Shown here: positions 26,590-35,725 of the stretch, in pieces | How positions within the stretch are numbered: position 1 is the stretch's first letter | Layout: each line of letters begins with the position of its first letter | Virus record (IMG/VR): IMGVR_UViG_3300049979_000188 | DNA length: 64,000 nt | Source of the DNA: a virus | Strand: one strand, 5' to 3' | Program-made: the position numbers and the translations under genes | The notes under the pieces: generated by a model | Database searches by the model: none | What the model was told of the DNA's origin: nothing | What the model saw: the letters and a program-made list of their open reading frames with translations, nothing else

Positions 26590-27054
26590 ATGCAACTGGT
26601 TTCATTTGGCTACCTCTTTAATCGACTTCGTAGTTCCCCGGTCTGGGTACGCTTTGTCTTCTACTGGCTGCTGAAGTTTATTTTCGTCTGCCTGCTGGTT
26701 AACATGAGCAGCGTACTGGTTAATTACTTGTACGGTTTCAAGTTTTTTTCTGCGCACAGTATCCTGTTCCCAGGTTTCCCGCCCGGGCCGTTAACTAATT
26801 GGACAGATGTGGGCCTGCTGCTGGCCGCCCGCGGCGCCGTCGGTCTGCTACTGGCCTTGGCCAGTTACTGGGTGCTGCGCCTGCTCGACGCCGATTACCT
26901 TTTTGGGTTACTTGGCGCCTGCGCCTACCACCGCCAGCCTGCTCAGCGCCGTCATTGGCGGCAGGACCTGGCTACCACCTGCGTCGTAGTGCTTGTGTTT
27001 CGGGCCTGCTGGGACGTGCTACTCTACCTCGGGGCCTACGGGCTTACCGGTTAA
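26590..27054 (+). CDS. Membrane protein
   Basis: Several hydrophobic segments. Confidence 0.65.
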   Translation: MQLVSFGYLFNRLRSSPVWVRFVFYWLLKFIFVCLLVNMSSVLVNYLYGFKFFSAHSILFPGFPPGPLTNWTDVGLLLAARGAVGLLLALASYWVLRLLDADYLFGLLGACAYHRQPAQRRHWRQDLATTCVVVLVFRACWDVLLYLGAYGLTG

Positions 27055-27066
27055 GCTACTATTCAA

Positions 27067-28128
27067 ATGTCCACGCTACTCCCCGACCCCATTGCCCTAC
27101 TACGGGCCTCTGAGCCAGCAGCGGCAATTAGCTACAGCGCCTTGGTACTCGACCAGGCAAGCAGGGTAACGTTAGGTAAGCTTTGGGAGGAGTTGCCGGT
27201 CAGTTTTTCGGCTATCATTGAGCAGCCTGCTCAGTGGCGACTGGCGGCTGACCACGTCACACTGGTCCTTGGCCCGCTGCCAGTAGGTAGTGCCTTGGCC
27301 CGCTTAAAAGGGCAGCGCCAGATTATTCACGCCGATGCCATTGGCTTTAACGCCGCTAACACCGTTGTGGCCCTGCGCGTCCAAGACGTGGCGCGTCCTG
27401 ATGGCAAGCAGGCGCACCTTACGCTGGCCGTCAAAGGCAGTACCCCGCCAGCCGAAAGCAATACCATACAGCACTGGCAGCCGCTGCCCGCTTCTTTACG
27501 CTTACAAGGCACACTAGCTGAAGTTCCGTCTACCCATGAGTTACCGGACCCGACTGCCGGGGTTACGCACCTCTGCTTTTTAGACTTTGACGGGACCCTG
27601 GTCGATACACCGGAGCCTGAGGCGGGCAAGGCCGCTTGGGCTACTCGCTACGGACAACCCTACCCCACCGAAGGATGGTGGGGGCGAGCCGAAAGTCTGG
27701 ACCCGGCTATTTGGCCCATGAAACGTGTCTACCAGGGCTATCAGCTCTACCGCCAGCAGCGCGCACTGCCCCATACTAAACTCGTGCTGCTTACCAACCG
27801 CGTGCAGAAGCTGGCCGCGCCCGTTAAGCACTTGCTCGATAAGCACGGCTACCGGCTTGATGCGCTTACGTTTCGCCAGGGCAGTGAAGATAAAGCTACG
27901 CGCATTGCCCACTGGCTACGGGCCATGCCCGAGGTGAGCAGCGTCCTCGTGGCCGACGATATGCCGGCTTACCTGGCTCCGATTGAGGCCATGCGGCCGC
28001 AGTTTCCCCACGTCACCATCCAGACGGTGCTCATCGACCGAACGTACGCTCACCCCGGTGCCACTGCCATACCAGCCCCGCTGCAGGAAGCCCTGCGGCA
28101 AGTAGGCCGCCTTTTAGGAACTCCTTAA
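27067..28128 (+). CDS. 2H (cyclic) phosphoesterase fused to a HAD phosphatase (RNA end-healing-like)
   Basis: Two HxT motifs (DHVTL, AHLTL..P.ESN) as in tRNA-ligase CPD domains; then FLDFDGTLVDTP, WWGRAESL, LLTNR and VADD, resembling the Swiss-army-knife RNA-repair HAD. Confidence 0.75.
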   Translation: MSTLLPDPIALLRASEPAAAISYSALVLDQASRVTLGKLWEELPVSFSAIIEQPAQWRLAADHVTLVLGPLPVGSALARLKGQRQIIHADAIGFNAANTVVALRVQDVARPDGKQAHLTLAVKGSTPPAESNTIQHWQPLPASLRLQGTLAEVPSTHELPDPTAGVTHLCFLDFDGTLVDTPEPEAGKAAWATRYGQPYPTEGWWGRAESLDPAIWPMKRVYQGYQLYRQQRALPHTKLVLLTNRVQKLAAPVKHLLDKHGYRLDALTFRQGSEDKATRIAHWLRAMPEVSSVLVADDMPAYLAPIEAMRPQFPHVTIQTVLIDRTYAHPGATAIPAPLQEALRQVGRLLGTP

Positions 28129-28139
28129 CCAACTTCCCC

Positions 28140-28394
28140 ATGCCCACGCATTTTCTTCTACTGCAGGCCCTACTCAGTGTCTGCCTTTACGTACTGGTGG
28201 GGGGCTTGCTCACGTACGTTTTTTTCGGCGATTTCTGCCGGCGTCGCGACCAGTGCGCGGACGACTATATCCGCAGCTTTACCAGCGGACAGGAACAGAG
28301 AATACTGCTGGTTGATTATTTCTGGGTAGTCAGGCTTTATTTCTACACGATGGTCGTGCTCTACTGGCCTCTGACGCTGCGACGCTGGCTTTAA
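28140..28394 (+). CDS. Small membrane protein
   Basis: Two hydrophobic helices. Confidence 0.6.
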   Translation: MPTHFLLLQALLSVCLYVLVGGLLTYVFFGDFCRRRDQCADDYIRSFTSGQEQRILLVDYFWVVRLYFYTMVVLYWPLTLRRWL

Positions 28395-29065
28395 CGCCGG
28401 CGAACGGGACGCGGGTCCCGCTGCTTGATGTGCCTGCCCTTTTGACGAGGGGCAGGCGCTTCTGTTTGTGGGCGTAGCGTTCTAGTAGGCGCTGGTACGG
28501 GAGCCGGGGCCGGGGGTGCGGGCGGCAGGGTAACGGGTGTTGTGGCCTCGCCGCCGCGGTTGGCAAAGGTGGTGCGCGAGCACCCGTACAAGTATTTTTG
28601 CGTCAGGTTATGGGTAATACGCGCTAAAATAAACGTGTCCGCCGGGTGGGTGTGTACAACGGGGGCAAGTCGCTTTACGTCCACCTGGCCGCTGCTGCTT
28701 ACCCAGACAAGTCCGGCATAAGCCGGCAGGTCAGCCGGGTAGAGCAAGCCCGGGGGGCAGGCGTAGGTGAAGAAGGAGCAGCATAAGAACAGGTGCTGTA
28801 GCTGCTTGCCACGCCGGCGTGCTACCAGGCCCTGGCCGGCATCAAGGCAGGTATGCTTGAAGGTCTTTTTTCCGTCAGCTTTAAAGTCAGCCCGCGTGAG
28901 CTTAATTTCCCATTCGCAGAGGTAGCCTTTTGGGTCAACCGAGATAAGGTCACACTCGGGCAGGGTCGTTGTTTGGAAATTGCCGCAAATATGACTGTGG
29001 CCCTGGTCAAATAAATGACGCCCCAGCAGCTGTTGCATGGTGGCCTCGTTGAGGAGATGACTCAT
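28391..29065 (-). CDS. MmcB-like PD-(D/E)XK endonuclease
   Basis: ECDLISV...CEWEIKLTRADFKAD motif. Confidence 0.7.
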   Translation of the reverse strand: MSHLLNEATMQQLLGRHLFDQGHSHICGNFQTTTLPECDLISVDPKGYLCEWEIKLTRADFKADGKKTFKHTCLDAGQGLVARRRGKQLQHLFLCCSFFTYACPPGLLYPADLPAYAGLVWVSSSGQVDVKRLAPVVHTHPADTFILARITHNLTQKYLYGCSRTTFANRGGEATTPVTLPPAPPAPAPVPAPTRTLRPQTEAPAPRQKGRHIKQRDPRPVRRR

Positions 29066-29112
29066 GTGGTCTATTTAGCTTTGTTCAGTACTTCACTCAT
29101 CTTTTTTCTCCG

Positions 29113-29892
29113 ATGCCTAACACTAGTATCCCCCTTCCGCACGTCACGCTGCTGCGGCACATCGCCAAAACAGTTGTTTTTGACATGGACTCCTTGCAAA
29201 AGGAGGATAGTTTGGTAATTTTAGTCAATAAGCTCAGCCAACTTGGGTTGATTCGGCAAATAAATTTGCTCGGCTATGCGTACGTGCAAATCACCGAGCT
29301 TGGTGTCCACGAACTCTTCGTTCTTGATACGCTGGGTCAGCTCAATTCCACCAATGATATTGGGACCGAGGGCTTAACCCGCATTCAGCATAACCTTAAA
29401 TACCCTCTTCTTACCAGCATGAGCCCTATCTCGGCTCGGGAGGGGGAGACGGTACATCTTTACGGCGTAAACTTAAGCGAAGTGCAGATGGTACTCATTG
29501 GCGGCAAACTCACCTACTTCACCATTGAGTCTCCCACCCACATTAGCTTTGAGCTTGCCCCTGGCTATGAGACTGGGCGGGTTAGCGTGGCCGTACCGGG
29601 TACTGGTGTGGCGGCGACTACCGATAGCCTAACGGTATTAGCCCCGGCTTCTTACGCGGTGAGCGGCGTGCAGTATGAAGCCCTGAGCAACAATGCCCTC
29701 GACAAGTATGTGGCTAAAGTAGTTTTTTCGCCGCCTGTTCCTGCTCCTTACTTGGGGTATCAGGATTTCTCCGGTTCCGGTAAGGCCCCCGCTCCCATTC
29801 AGGTTGGTATGACGTACGAGCAGCTGCAACTAGCTGGTTGGATGCCCACCCTAATTAACGAAGAAGACTACCGTATTACGCGTACCTTCTAA
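29113..29892 (+). CDS. Protein with an IPT/TIG (Ig-like) domain
   Basis: LTSMSPISAREGETVHLYGVNL..V..V.IGG...S.THI pattern. Confidence 0.65.
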   Translation: MPNTSIPLPHVTLLRHIAKTVVFDMDSLQKEDSLVILVNKLSQLGLIRQINLLGYAYVQITELGVHELFVLDTLGQLNSTNDIGTEGLTRIQHNLKYPLLTSMSPISAREGETVHLYGVNLSEVQMVLIGGKLTYFTIESPTHISFELAPGYETGRVSVAVPGTGVAATTDSLTVLAPASYAVSGVQYEALSNNALDKYVAKVVFSPPVPAPYLGYQDFSGSGKAPAPIQVGMTYEQLQLAGWMPTLINEEDYRITRTF

Positions 29893-29931
29893 CAAAAAAC
29901 CCCTCTCTGGTCGACCAGAGAGGGGTTTTTT
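29893..29931. terminator. Bidirectional terminator at the main strand switch
   Basis: AAAAAACCCCTCTCTGG-TCGA-CCAGAGAGGGGTTTTTT. Confidence 0.9.
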
Positions 29932-29941
29932 GTGGTGTTAC

Positions 29942-30277
29942 TTAGTCAATGTCTTTCCAAACCAGGGTGCCTTGCCCGTTATCGACCGTACGGGCAATCA
30001 TTTCTCCGTCGGCGAATAAGAGAATGCCGGTAAAAGAATGACGGCCGAACTCGTAGATTAAAACATACGCTGGTTGCTGCTGCCACGTGTCAACTAGCTC
30101 GCTGACTGTGTAATAAGGATAGTTGGTCAAGGCCCACAATTTAAGGGCCTCTATGTCTGGAAACCCAAGTAGACCATTTGAGCTCGAACTATCACATACA
30201 GGACAATCGTGGTAAAAGCGGGTAGCCGCGACGTACCGATTCTGGGCCGCTATTGCCGGAACTGATGTAGTGTCCAT
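29942..30277 (-). CDS. Hypothetical protein
   Basis: 111-aa ORF. Confidence 0.6.
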   Translation of the reverse strand: MDTTSVPAIAAQNRYVAATRFYHDCPVCDSSSSNGLLGFPDIEALKLWALTNYPYYTVSELVDTWQQQPAYVLIYEFGRHSFTGILLFADGEMIARTVDNGQGTLVWKDID

Positions 30278-30282
30278 CGCAC

Positions 30283-31212
30283 TTACGAACCTTTGGGCGT
30301 TTTGCCGCGCAAGGTGCGCTGGTAGTCTTCGTAGCGCACCTTGACCCGTATCTCTCGGTCGGCCGAGGCCAGAACCAAGCCTTCCGGTTGGCCTTTAGCA
30401 TCTGGGTGCAAGGTGGCCAGGCTATGGGGAATACTTGTGGTCAAGAAAGCCAGTACGTCCTCGTGCGTAAGCCCGGGGAAGAAATCGGCCGGCGTAGCGA
30501 TGATTTCGGGTACTAGTTCGATACCCCTTAATTGGGCGAAAGCCAGTAGCTTTTCTCGGTTGAGAAAGGGTTGGCCGTAGCAAAGCCCCCCCTCGGGATT
30601 CGTGCTTTCGCGCCAGAGGCTGATGTCCTCGGGCGTGCGGTGGAGTAGCTCATCGAGTGACCAGGCGGAATCGTAGACGGCTACGTCGAAGAGGCGGAAA
30701 CCAAATTGGTCAGTGCCATATTGCTTGTGGTCGTTGATGCGTCCCCCGTAAATCTCGCCGTAGAGCACGGTGAGTGGGGCAAAAGGGTAACGGGGCGGAT
30801 GTTGCAGGTCACTGCCTACGGTCGCACGCAAATAGCCCACTCTCGCCTTGTTGTCATTCTGCAAACTGGTGGTATGGTCAAAAGGTAACCAGTGCGCCAG
30901 CAAGCCTTTGACAATACCGTTACTCGGGTCAAAGAGAAAGTCGCCCCCCAGGTGCAAAAATGCTCCGCGGTCGCCTATCAGGTAAGACCCGTCGGCAAAG
31001 ACAAGGATGCGGGTGTTGGTGCCGTGGATTTTCTCCGTTCCGTAGAGTGGCGTTTGCCCGACGGCTGGCGTGGTAAAGGTGTCGAGTAGTCGGCCCTTCT
31101 CACCCAGTTCGTGGAGCGTGAGAATAGAGGGATATTTGGTAAGACTGTTGAGGTGGCCCAGACCGTAGTGCTCGGCGTAGGAGCGGGCTATGTTTTGGCT
31201 ATCTTCGAACAT
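30283..31212 (-). CDS. ATP-dependent RNA ligase (Rnl2-like)
   Basis: Motif I TEKIHGTN, III YGEIYG, IIIa FRLFDV, IV PEGLVL, V RVKVR. Confidence 0.85.
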   Translation of the reverse strand: MFEDSQNIARSYAEHYGLGHLNSLTKYPSILTLHELGEKGRLLDTFTTPAVGQTPLYGTEKIHGTNTRILVFADGSYLIGDRGAFLHLGGDFLFDPSNGIVKGLLAHWLPFDHTTSLQNDNKARVGYLRATVGSDLQHPPRYPFAPLTVLYGEIYGGRINDHKQYGTDQFGFRLFDVAVYDSAWSLDELLHRTPEDISLWRESTNPEGGLCYGQPFLNREKLLAFAQLRGIELVPEIIATPADFFPGLTHEDVLAFLTTSIPHSLATLHPDAKGQPEGLVLASADREIRVKVRYEDYQRTLRGKTPKGS

Positions 31213-31278
31213 GAGCAGGGGAAAGGTAAAACAACAAAAGAGGGAGCGCCTATTCGGACCCCCTCTTTTGGGTTAGTA

Positions 31279-31656
31279 TTAGAGCTTGCCGAGTTCTTCG
31301 CGCAGCTCGTTCAGGCTTTTGCCTTCGAGTTCGGCATCGGTTTTGCGGGCCATGATGTCGAGAATATGCTTGCGCCGCTTCTCTTTGTCGGCCGCTGATT
31401 TACGCGCAATATCTTCCTCGTGCTTGACCTTGCCCACGTGCACGACCAGCTCAAAGGCGAGCTTGGAATCCGCATCTTCGGGCGGTTTTACGCCGAAGTA
31501 GTTGGTGGAAGTGCTGGCTTGTACGCGTTTGTCGAGCGTTTCGGCCAACGCCTGGAGCTCCGGGAGTTTAAGCGCCCACAGGTCCTCGACGGAAACGAGG
31601 CCTTTGGAGGTTGCGAAGCGCATTTTACGCCGTGAGGCCTCTTCAAAAATGTTCAT
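31279..31656 (-). CDS. Conserved phage hypothetical protein
   Basis: MNIFEEASRRKMRF.TSKG.VSVEDLW.L pattern with a coiled-coil C-terminus. Confidence 0.75.
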   Translation of the reverse strand: MNIFEEASRRKMRFATSKGLVSVEDLWALKLPELQALAETLDKRVQASTSTNYFGVKPPEDADSKLAFELVVHVGKVKHEEDIARKSAADKEKRRKHILDIMARKTDAELEGKSLNELREELGKL

Positions 31657-31672
31657 GGTGGTGAAAAAAAAG

Positions 31673-33676
31673 TTAAATGACTACTTTAAGGATGCGTTTG
31701 AATTTGCCGCTTACCCGGACGTAAAACGCGTTACGCTGGGTGGTGGAAAAGCCCAGGCCGCTGAATTCCTCCGCGCTCGGGGCCACCCGCAGCTTGCCGG
31801 CCAGGGTTTCGAAGACCTTGCCGTGCTTGGCCAGCTCGGGCTTTAGGTACTCATTAAAGAAGCCCCGCACCAGGCCCGTGTTGCGGGCACCTTCGAGCAT
31901 GAAGAAGAAGTGCTTGTTGCCCTTGCCTTGCTCGCCCCAGTAATTGGGGGAAGGCAGGATGGCCTTTACCTTTTGGAAGGTATTGGTTTTGAGCCCCCAG
32001 ACTTCTTTGCTCAGCACATTTGTGGTGGCCGTGAGCTCCGTTTCGAGCCGGAAAAACTGGCCGTCGTAGTACACGGTAGCTACCTGGATGGTTCCGGTAA
32101 AGTGCTGCGTGTAGTTGAAATCGTAGGTCTGGCCATCGAACTCCACCTCCGCCCGGAAGCCGGCCGTACGACCCGAGTCGTAGTTATGGATAGAGAGCCG
32201 GTAAGCTCCGACGGCCATGCGATTACGCTCCGTCCAGATGATATTTTCCACCCCCGTGCCTGCGGGACGAATCATGTCCACGTCCAGCATACCCGACATT
32301 GCCGTTTTGGTGCCTTTGTATTCGCGGAAGTGAATATGTGAGCCCCGTGGGCCTGGTTCCTGGGCGTGGGCGTCCAGGTCACAGATGCTCTGGCCCTCCT
32401 CGTTCCACTGAATCGAGAAGCGCAGTACCCCTTCCACGTTTCCGCCGGCCGCCTTGACGTTTTGCTTGAGGTTGCTGTCAGTCAAGGCATTGTTGTAGGA
32501 CCAGCTAAAGGGGTTGTCCCAGAAAAAGATAAGCGGGGCACTGGGGTCCGCGGCCGTGACCAGGCTTACCAGGTTCGGCTCGTGCTGGTTTTCGAGCAGT
32601 AACTCTACTTCCGTGCTGTAGGGCAAGACCTTGGTTAGAAAATCCTGCAGCGCAATGTCGTCTACTTTGCTCAAGGAGCGTGGGTTGACGGGACCGTCCT
32701 GCTTGAGCATGTCCAGAATGGTGGCTTCCTTGCGGCTGCGGTCCACGTAGAGCACGTGCGTCAGGTCCACGTCATCAGGTCGGGCAAAGCGACGGCCCAG
32801 GGCGCTGCCAATACCCAAGTCGTTGATGGTCTTTTCCGCGTCCTCTACCATCTTGGCCGTGACCAAGGCCGTGGGACGCTTGTAGTTGGCTGGTGCAACG
32901 ATATTTTCGAAGCTGCGCACAGCCCGGTCGAGCTCCTTGCCCTCCGAAATATCGGTTAGCAGCGTACCCAGCGCCGCGTTGCGGATGCGACTCACGGCGC
33001 CGCCCGCCTGGCGCGACTCACGCCAGCTGAACGCTTCCTTTTCGACCGGGGTAAGCCGAGCGTAGCGCTTTTGCAGCTCACTAAACGCCGTGAGCATGCC
33101 CAAGTTTTCCTCACCCTTGTAGAGGGAATTTTGGGCAATGAGTTCGAGCACCGTTTCGGTAGCGTCGAGGGAGATTTCCACTAGTGAGCGCTCGAAAACG
33201 GCTTTGTCGTCCCGTTGCTTGGCCTGGCGGGTGGCCAGGCTATCGCCTGTTACGCTTTGAACCAGGGAAGCGGGCAGGCGCAGGTAGTGGTGGAAGTAGC
33301 GGGTAGGGTATTTCTCCCCCGTACCGATGTTGGTTTCCGTACCGAGCTCACGGGCTAGCGGGATGAAGGCATCGGCAATGGGGGCCTGGCTAACGAGCTC
33401 ATGCATGGCAGCCGCGACGGGACCATACTCAGCTGGGGCCTCGAAGTCCCAGAGGGTATAACGCTGGTTGTTGCGTAGAACGACGATGGCGGCGTAGTCC
33501 TTGATGAAGTGACGGCAGCAGTTGCAATTATTGAGTTGCTGCAACTCAGCCGGGAAGGCCCCCAGGTAGGTTTCCCACAGGAGCTTGCGGTCAACCTTGG
33601 CCAGGTAGACCTGCGTTTGACCGGCCAGCAGCAGGTGCGCATTTTGCTGAAAAGCGTCTCGGAAATCGGTGAACAT
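31673..33676 (-). CDS. Large conserved phage protein (667 aa)
   Basis: WETYLGAFP...NCNCCRHFIK, ANYKRP, and a C-terminal LRFSIQWN..CDLDAH...LDVD..VENI domain. Confidence 0.8.
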   Translation of the reverse strand: MFTDFRDAFQQNAHLLLAGQTQVYLAKVDRKLLWETYLGAFPAELQQLNNCNCCRHFIKDYAAIVVLRNNQRYTLWDFEAPAEYGPVAAAMHELVSQAPIADAFIPLARELGTETNIGTGEKYPTRYFHHYLRLPASLVQSVTGDSLATRQAKQRDDKAVFERSLVEISLDATETVLELIAQNSLYKGEENLGMLTAFSELQKRYARLTPVEKEAFSWRESRQAGGAVSRIRNAALGTLLTDISEGKELDRAVRSFENIVAPANYKRPTALVTAKMVEDAEKTINDLGIGSALGRRFARPDDVDLTHVLYVDRSRKEATILDMLKQDGPVNPRSLSKVDDIALQDFLTKVLPYSTEVELLLENQHEPNLVSLVTAADPSAPLIFFWDNPFSWSYNNALTDSNLKQNVKAAGGNVEGVLRFSIQWNEEGQSICDLDAHAQEPGPRGSHIHFREYKGTKTAMSGMLDVDMIRPAGTGVENIIWTERNRMAVGAYRLSIHNYDSGRTAGFRAEVEFDGQTYDFNYTQHFTGTIQVATVYYDGQFFRLETELTATTNVLSKEVWGLKTNTFQKVKAILPSPNYWGEQGKGNKHFFFMLEGARNTGLVRGFFNEYLKPELAKHGKVFETLAGKLRVAPSAEEFSGLGFSTTQRNAFYVRVSGKFKRILKVVI

Positions 33677-33704
33677 ACAGTCTGTTTGAGTTCTTTATGA
33701 CTAG

Positions 33705-33732
33705 TTTACGACGAAAAAAAGGTGCTCGTTAC
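33705..33732 (-). promoter_or_regulatory. ECF-type promoter motif GTAAC-N17-CGTAAA
   Basis: Plus strand TTTACG-N17-GTTAC; gene start at 33676. Confidence 0.7.
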
Positions 33733-33747
33733 GGCAAGCCATTCAGC

Positions 33748-34263
33748 TTAGACTGGTTGGCTCTTTTCAGTGAGTGCCTGTAGTACGGCCCGCAAGCCTG
33801 CCGCCTCGGCTAGCTCGTAGGTGTCATGCTTGGGAATTCGGCGGTCGCGTAAAGTAAATTCGCCCCATACCAGCCATAGCTCCCCCAGGCAGTAGTCGTA
33901 GGTAAAGGCTGTCAGCTTCACCTTGCGCTCATGCTGGCGCGTGTAGGCATTACCGCGCTCGGGTAAGGGGGCGACAAACAGGTGAGCCCGGCCAGTTTGG
34001 CGTAGCCAACGCACTAGGGCGGCCTGGGTAGGTCGCGCGTACATCTGCCAGTAGCTACTGCTCCCGTCAAACGGCTTTTCCCCATTAATATGCGCATGAC
34101 CCTCGCTCTCGAATACGGCACCGGCTTCAAAGGTATCTGCGGCACGAGGCCCTTCACCGGCAAAAAGGGCCTCGCGGAACGTATAGCGTGTGAGCCCGTC
34201 AAAACCGGCTAGCTTCGCCAGGCGCGCGAGTTCAAAGTCAACCAGGGTTTCGTAGGTTTCCAT
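33748..34263 (-). CDS. Hypothetical protein
   Basis: Start trimmed to METYETL at 34263. Confidence 0.65.
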   Translation of the reverse strand: METYETLVDFELARLAKLAGFDGLTRYTFREALFAGEGPRAADTFEAGAVFESEGHAHINGEKPFDGSSSYWQMYARPTQAALVRWLRQTGRAHLFVAPLPERGNAYTRQHERKVKLTAFTYDYCLGELWLVWGEFTLRDRRIPKHDTYELAEAAGLRAVLQALTEKSQPV

Positions 34264-34276
34264 AAGATGATTGGCA

Positions 34277-34636
34277 TTAGCAGGGCTGGTTGCGGAGTTC
34301 AGGGTAACGTGCTTCGTAGGCCATGAGCAGCCAATCGCGCGGAATGATTTCGTCGCGTCGGATGCGTTCCGCGCTTGGATAATCATGTGCCATTTCAAAG
34401 CGCTCACGCGCCTCGTTACGGGCTTCACGTACTTGCCAGTACTGGGCGTGGGAGCTGATGACGGGCTTGGGGTAGTAAGCCACGGCTTCAAAGCCAATGG
34501 GATTTTCTAGCCCTTGGTACTCGGCGTCGGCCCTGGCCTGGGCTTCCTCCACGGGCTCGTAGCCCTGGTAACCCAGGCCGCCGTGGTAGGCGCGACTGCG
34601 TTTGATAATGACGTAAAGCTGAGCAGTAGATTCCAT
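34277..34636 (-). CDS. Hypothetical protein
   Basis: 119-aa ORF downstream of a promoter motif. Confidence 0.65.
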   Translation of the reverse strand: MESTAQLYVIIKRSRAYHGGLGYQGYEPVEEAQARADAEYQGLENPIGFEAVAYYPKPVISSHAQYWQVREARNEARERFEMAHDYPSAERIRRDEIIPRDWLLMAYEARYPELRNQPC

Positions 34637-34659
34637 AAAAAAGCAAGATATGCAGGGTG

Positions 34660-34687
34660 TTTACGCAAAAAAACCCGCAGCTGTTAC
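34660..34687 (-). promoter_or_regulatory. ECF-type promoter motif with the -35 in a terminator loop
   Basis: TTTACG-N17-GTTAC; overlaps hairpin AAAAAAACCCGC...GCGGGTTTTTTT (34667-34700). Confidence 0.7.
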
Positions 34688-34707
34688 CGCGGGTTTTTTT
34701 AGGGGAT

Positions 34708-35010
34708 TTATGTTGTAGCGACAGCTTGGTTTTCTGACCGCAGGTACAGATTCCACTCGGCCTGGCGCTGGCTCAGGCGTTGAAACGAGGCCTCGGGTCG
34801 GTAGTGGCGCGCGGGGTAGTCGAAGCGCACATCCAGGTAGGTGTCCCACTCCTGGTAATCCGTTTGCTGGCTTACCCAGCCGTAAAAGGTGATGATGGTA
34901 TCGCGGGAACGGCTCCCGACGCACTGCTTTTTAAGCTTCTTTTTAAGTCGTCGCGGTAGCTTAATTGCTTCGCTTGTACGAATGCGGCGTTTTCGGTTAT
35001 GGCAAGTCAT
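34708..35010 (-). CDS. Hypothetical basic protein
   Basis: 100-aa ORF. Confidence 0.6.
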   Translation of the reverse strand: MTCHNRKRRIRTSEAIKLPRRLKKKLKKQCVGSRSRDTIITFYGWVSQQTDYQEWDTYLDVRFDYPARHYRPEASFQRLSQRQAEWNLYLRSENQAVATT

Positions 35011-35024
35011 TGTGCCTGTACTGG

Positions 35025-35720
35025 TTAAGGGGTGAGTAGTTTTTCCAACACGTAGGGCACGCCGACCGAAGCGATTTCCGGCACCAGGTGCACCTCACTC
35101 GTGTTAGCCCCGTAGATGGCGGGCGTGGAGGGGTCTACCAAGTAGATAGGACAGTGAGAGGGAGCGTAATCGAGTAAACTGGCCGCTGGGTAAACCTGTA
35201 GCGACGTGCCAACGATGAGCAGCACGTCGGCCGTGGCCGTGAGCAGCTGCGCTTCTTGGATGGCCGGTACGGCTTCGCCAAACCAGACGATATGCGGTCG
35301 CAACTGCTGGCCGTCGGGTGCCAGGTCCCCGACCTTGATGTCGCCGGGGCAGTCGTAAACCAGGCCACTGTTGCTCACGGAGCGCATCTGGTCGAGGCGG
35401 CCGTGCAGGTGCACAACTTGCCCTGAGCCCGCGCGCTCGTGCAAATCGTCCACGTTTTGGGTGATGATTGTTACTTTCCAGTCGGGACGATGAGCAAATT
35501 CAGCCAGGGCTACGTGCGCCGCGTTTGGCTTAACCGAGCGGGCCTGCGCGCGGCGCTGGTTGTAGAATTCGAGCACCAGGGCCGGGTCCTTGGCAAAGCC
35601 GGCGGGGGAGGCCACGTCTTCGAAGCGGTGGGTTTGCCAGAGGCCGTTACTGTCGCGAAACGTGCTGATTCCGCTCTCGGCCGAGATACCGGCACCGGTA
35701 AGCACAACTAAATGAGGCAT
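35025..35720 (-). CDS. cobB: NAD-dependent protein deacylase (sirtuin, CobB class)
   Basis: LTGAGISAESGISTFRD, FYNQRR, ITQNVDDLHERAGS, HLHG, RPHIVWFGE and VGTSLQVYPAA. Confidence 0.95.
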   Translation of the reverse strand: MPHLVVLTGAGISAESGISTFRDSNGLWQTHRFEDVASPAGFAKDPALVLEFYNQRRAQARSVKPNAAHVALAEFAHRPDWKVTIITQNVDDLHERAGSGQVVHLHGRLDQMRSVSNSGLVYDCPGDIKVGDLAPDGQQLRPHIVWFGEAVPAIQEAQLLTATADVLLIVGTSLQVYPAASLLDYAPSHCPIYLVDPSTPAIYGANTSEVHLVPEIASVGVPYVLEKLLTP

Positions 35721-35725
35721 ACGAA

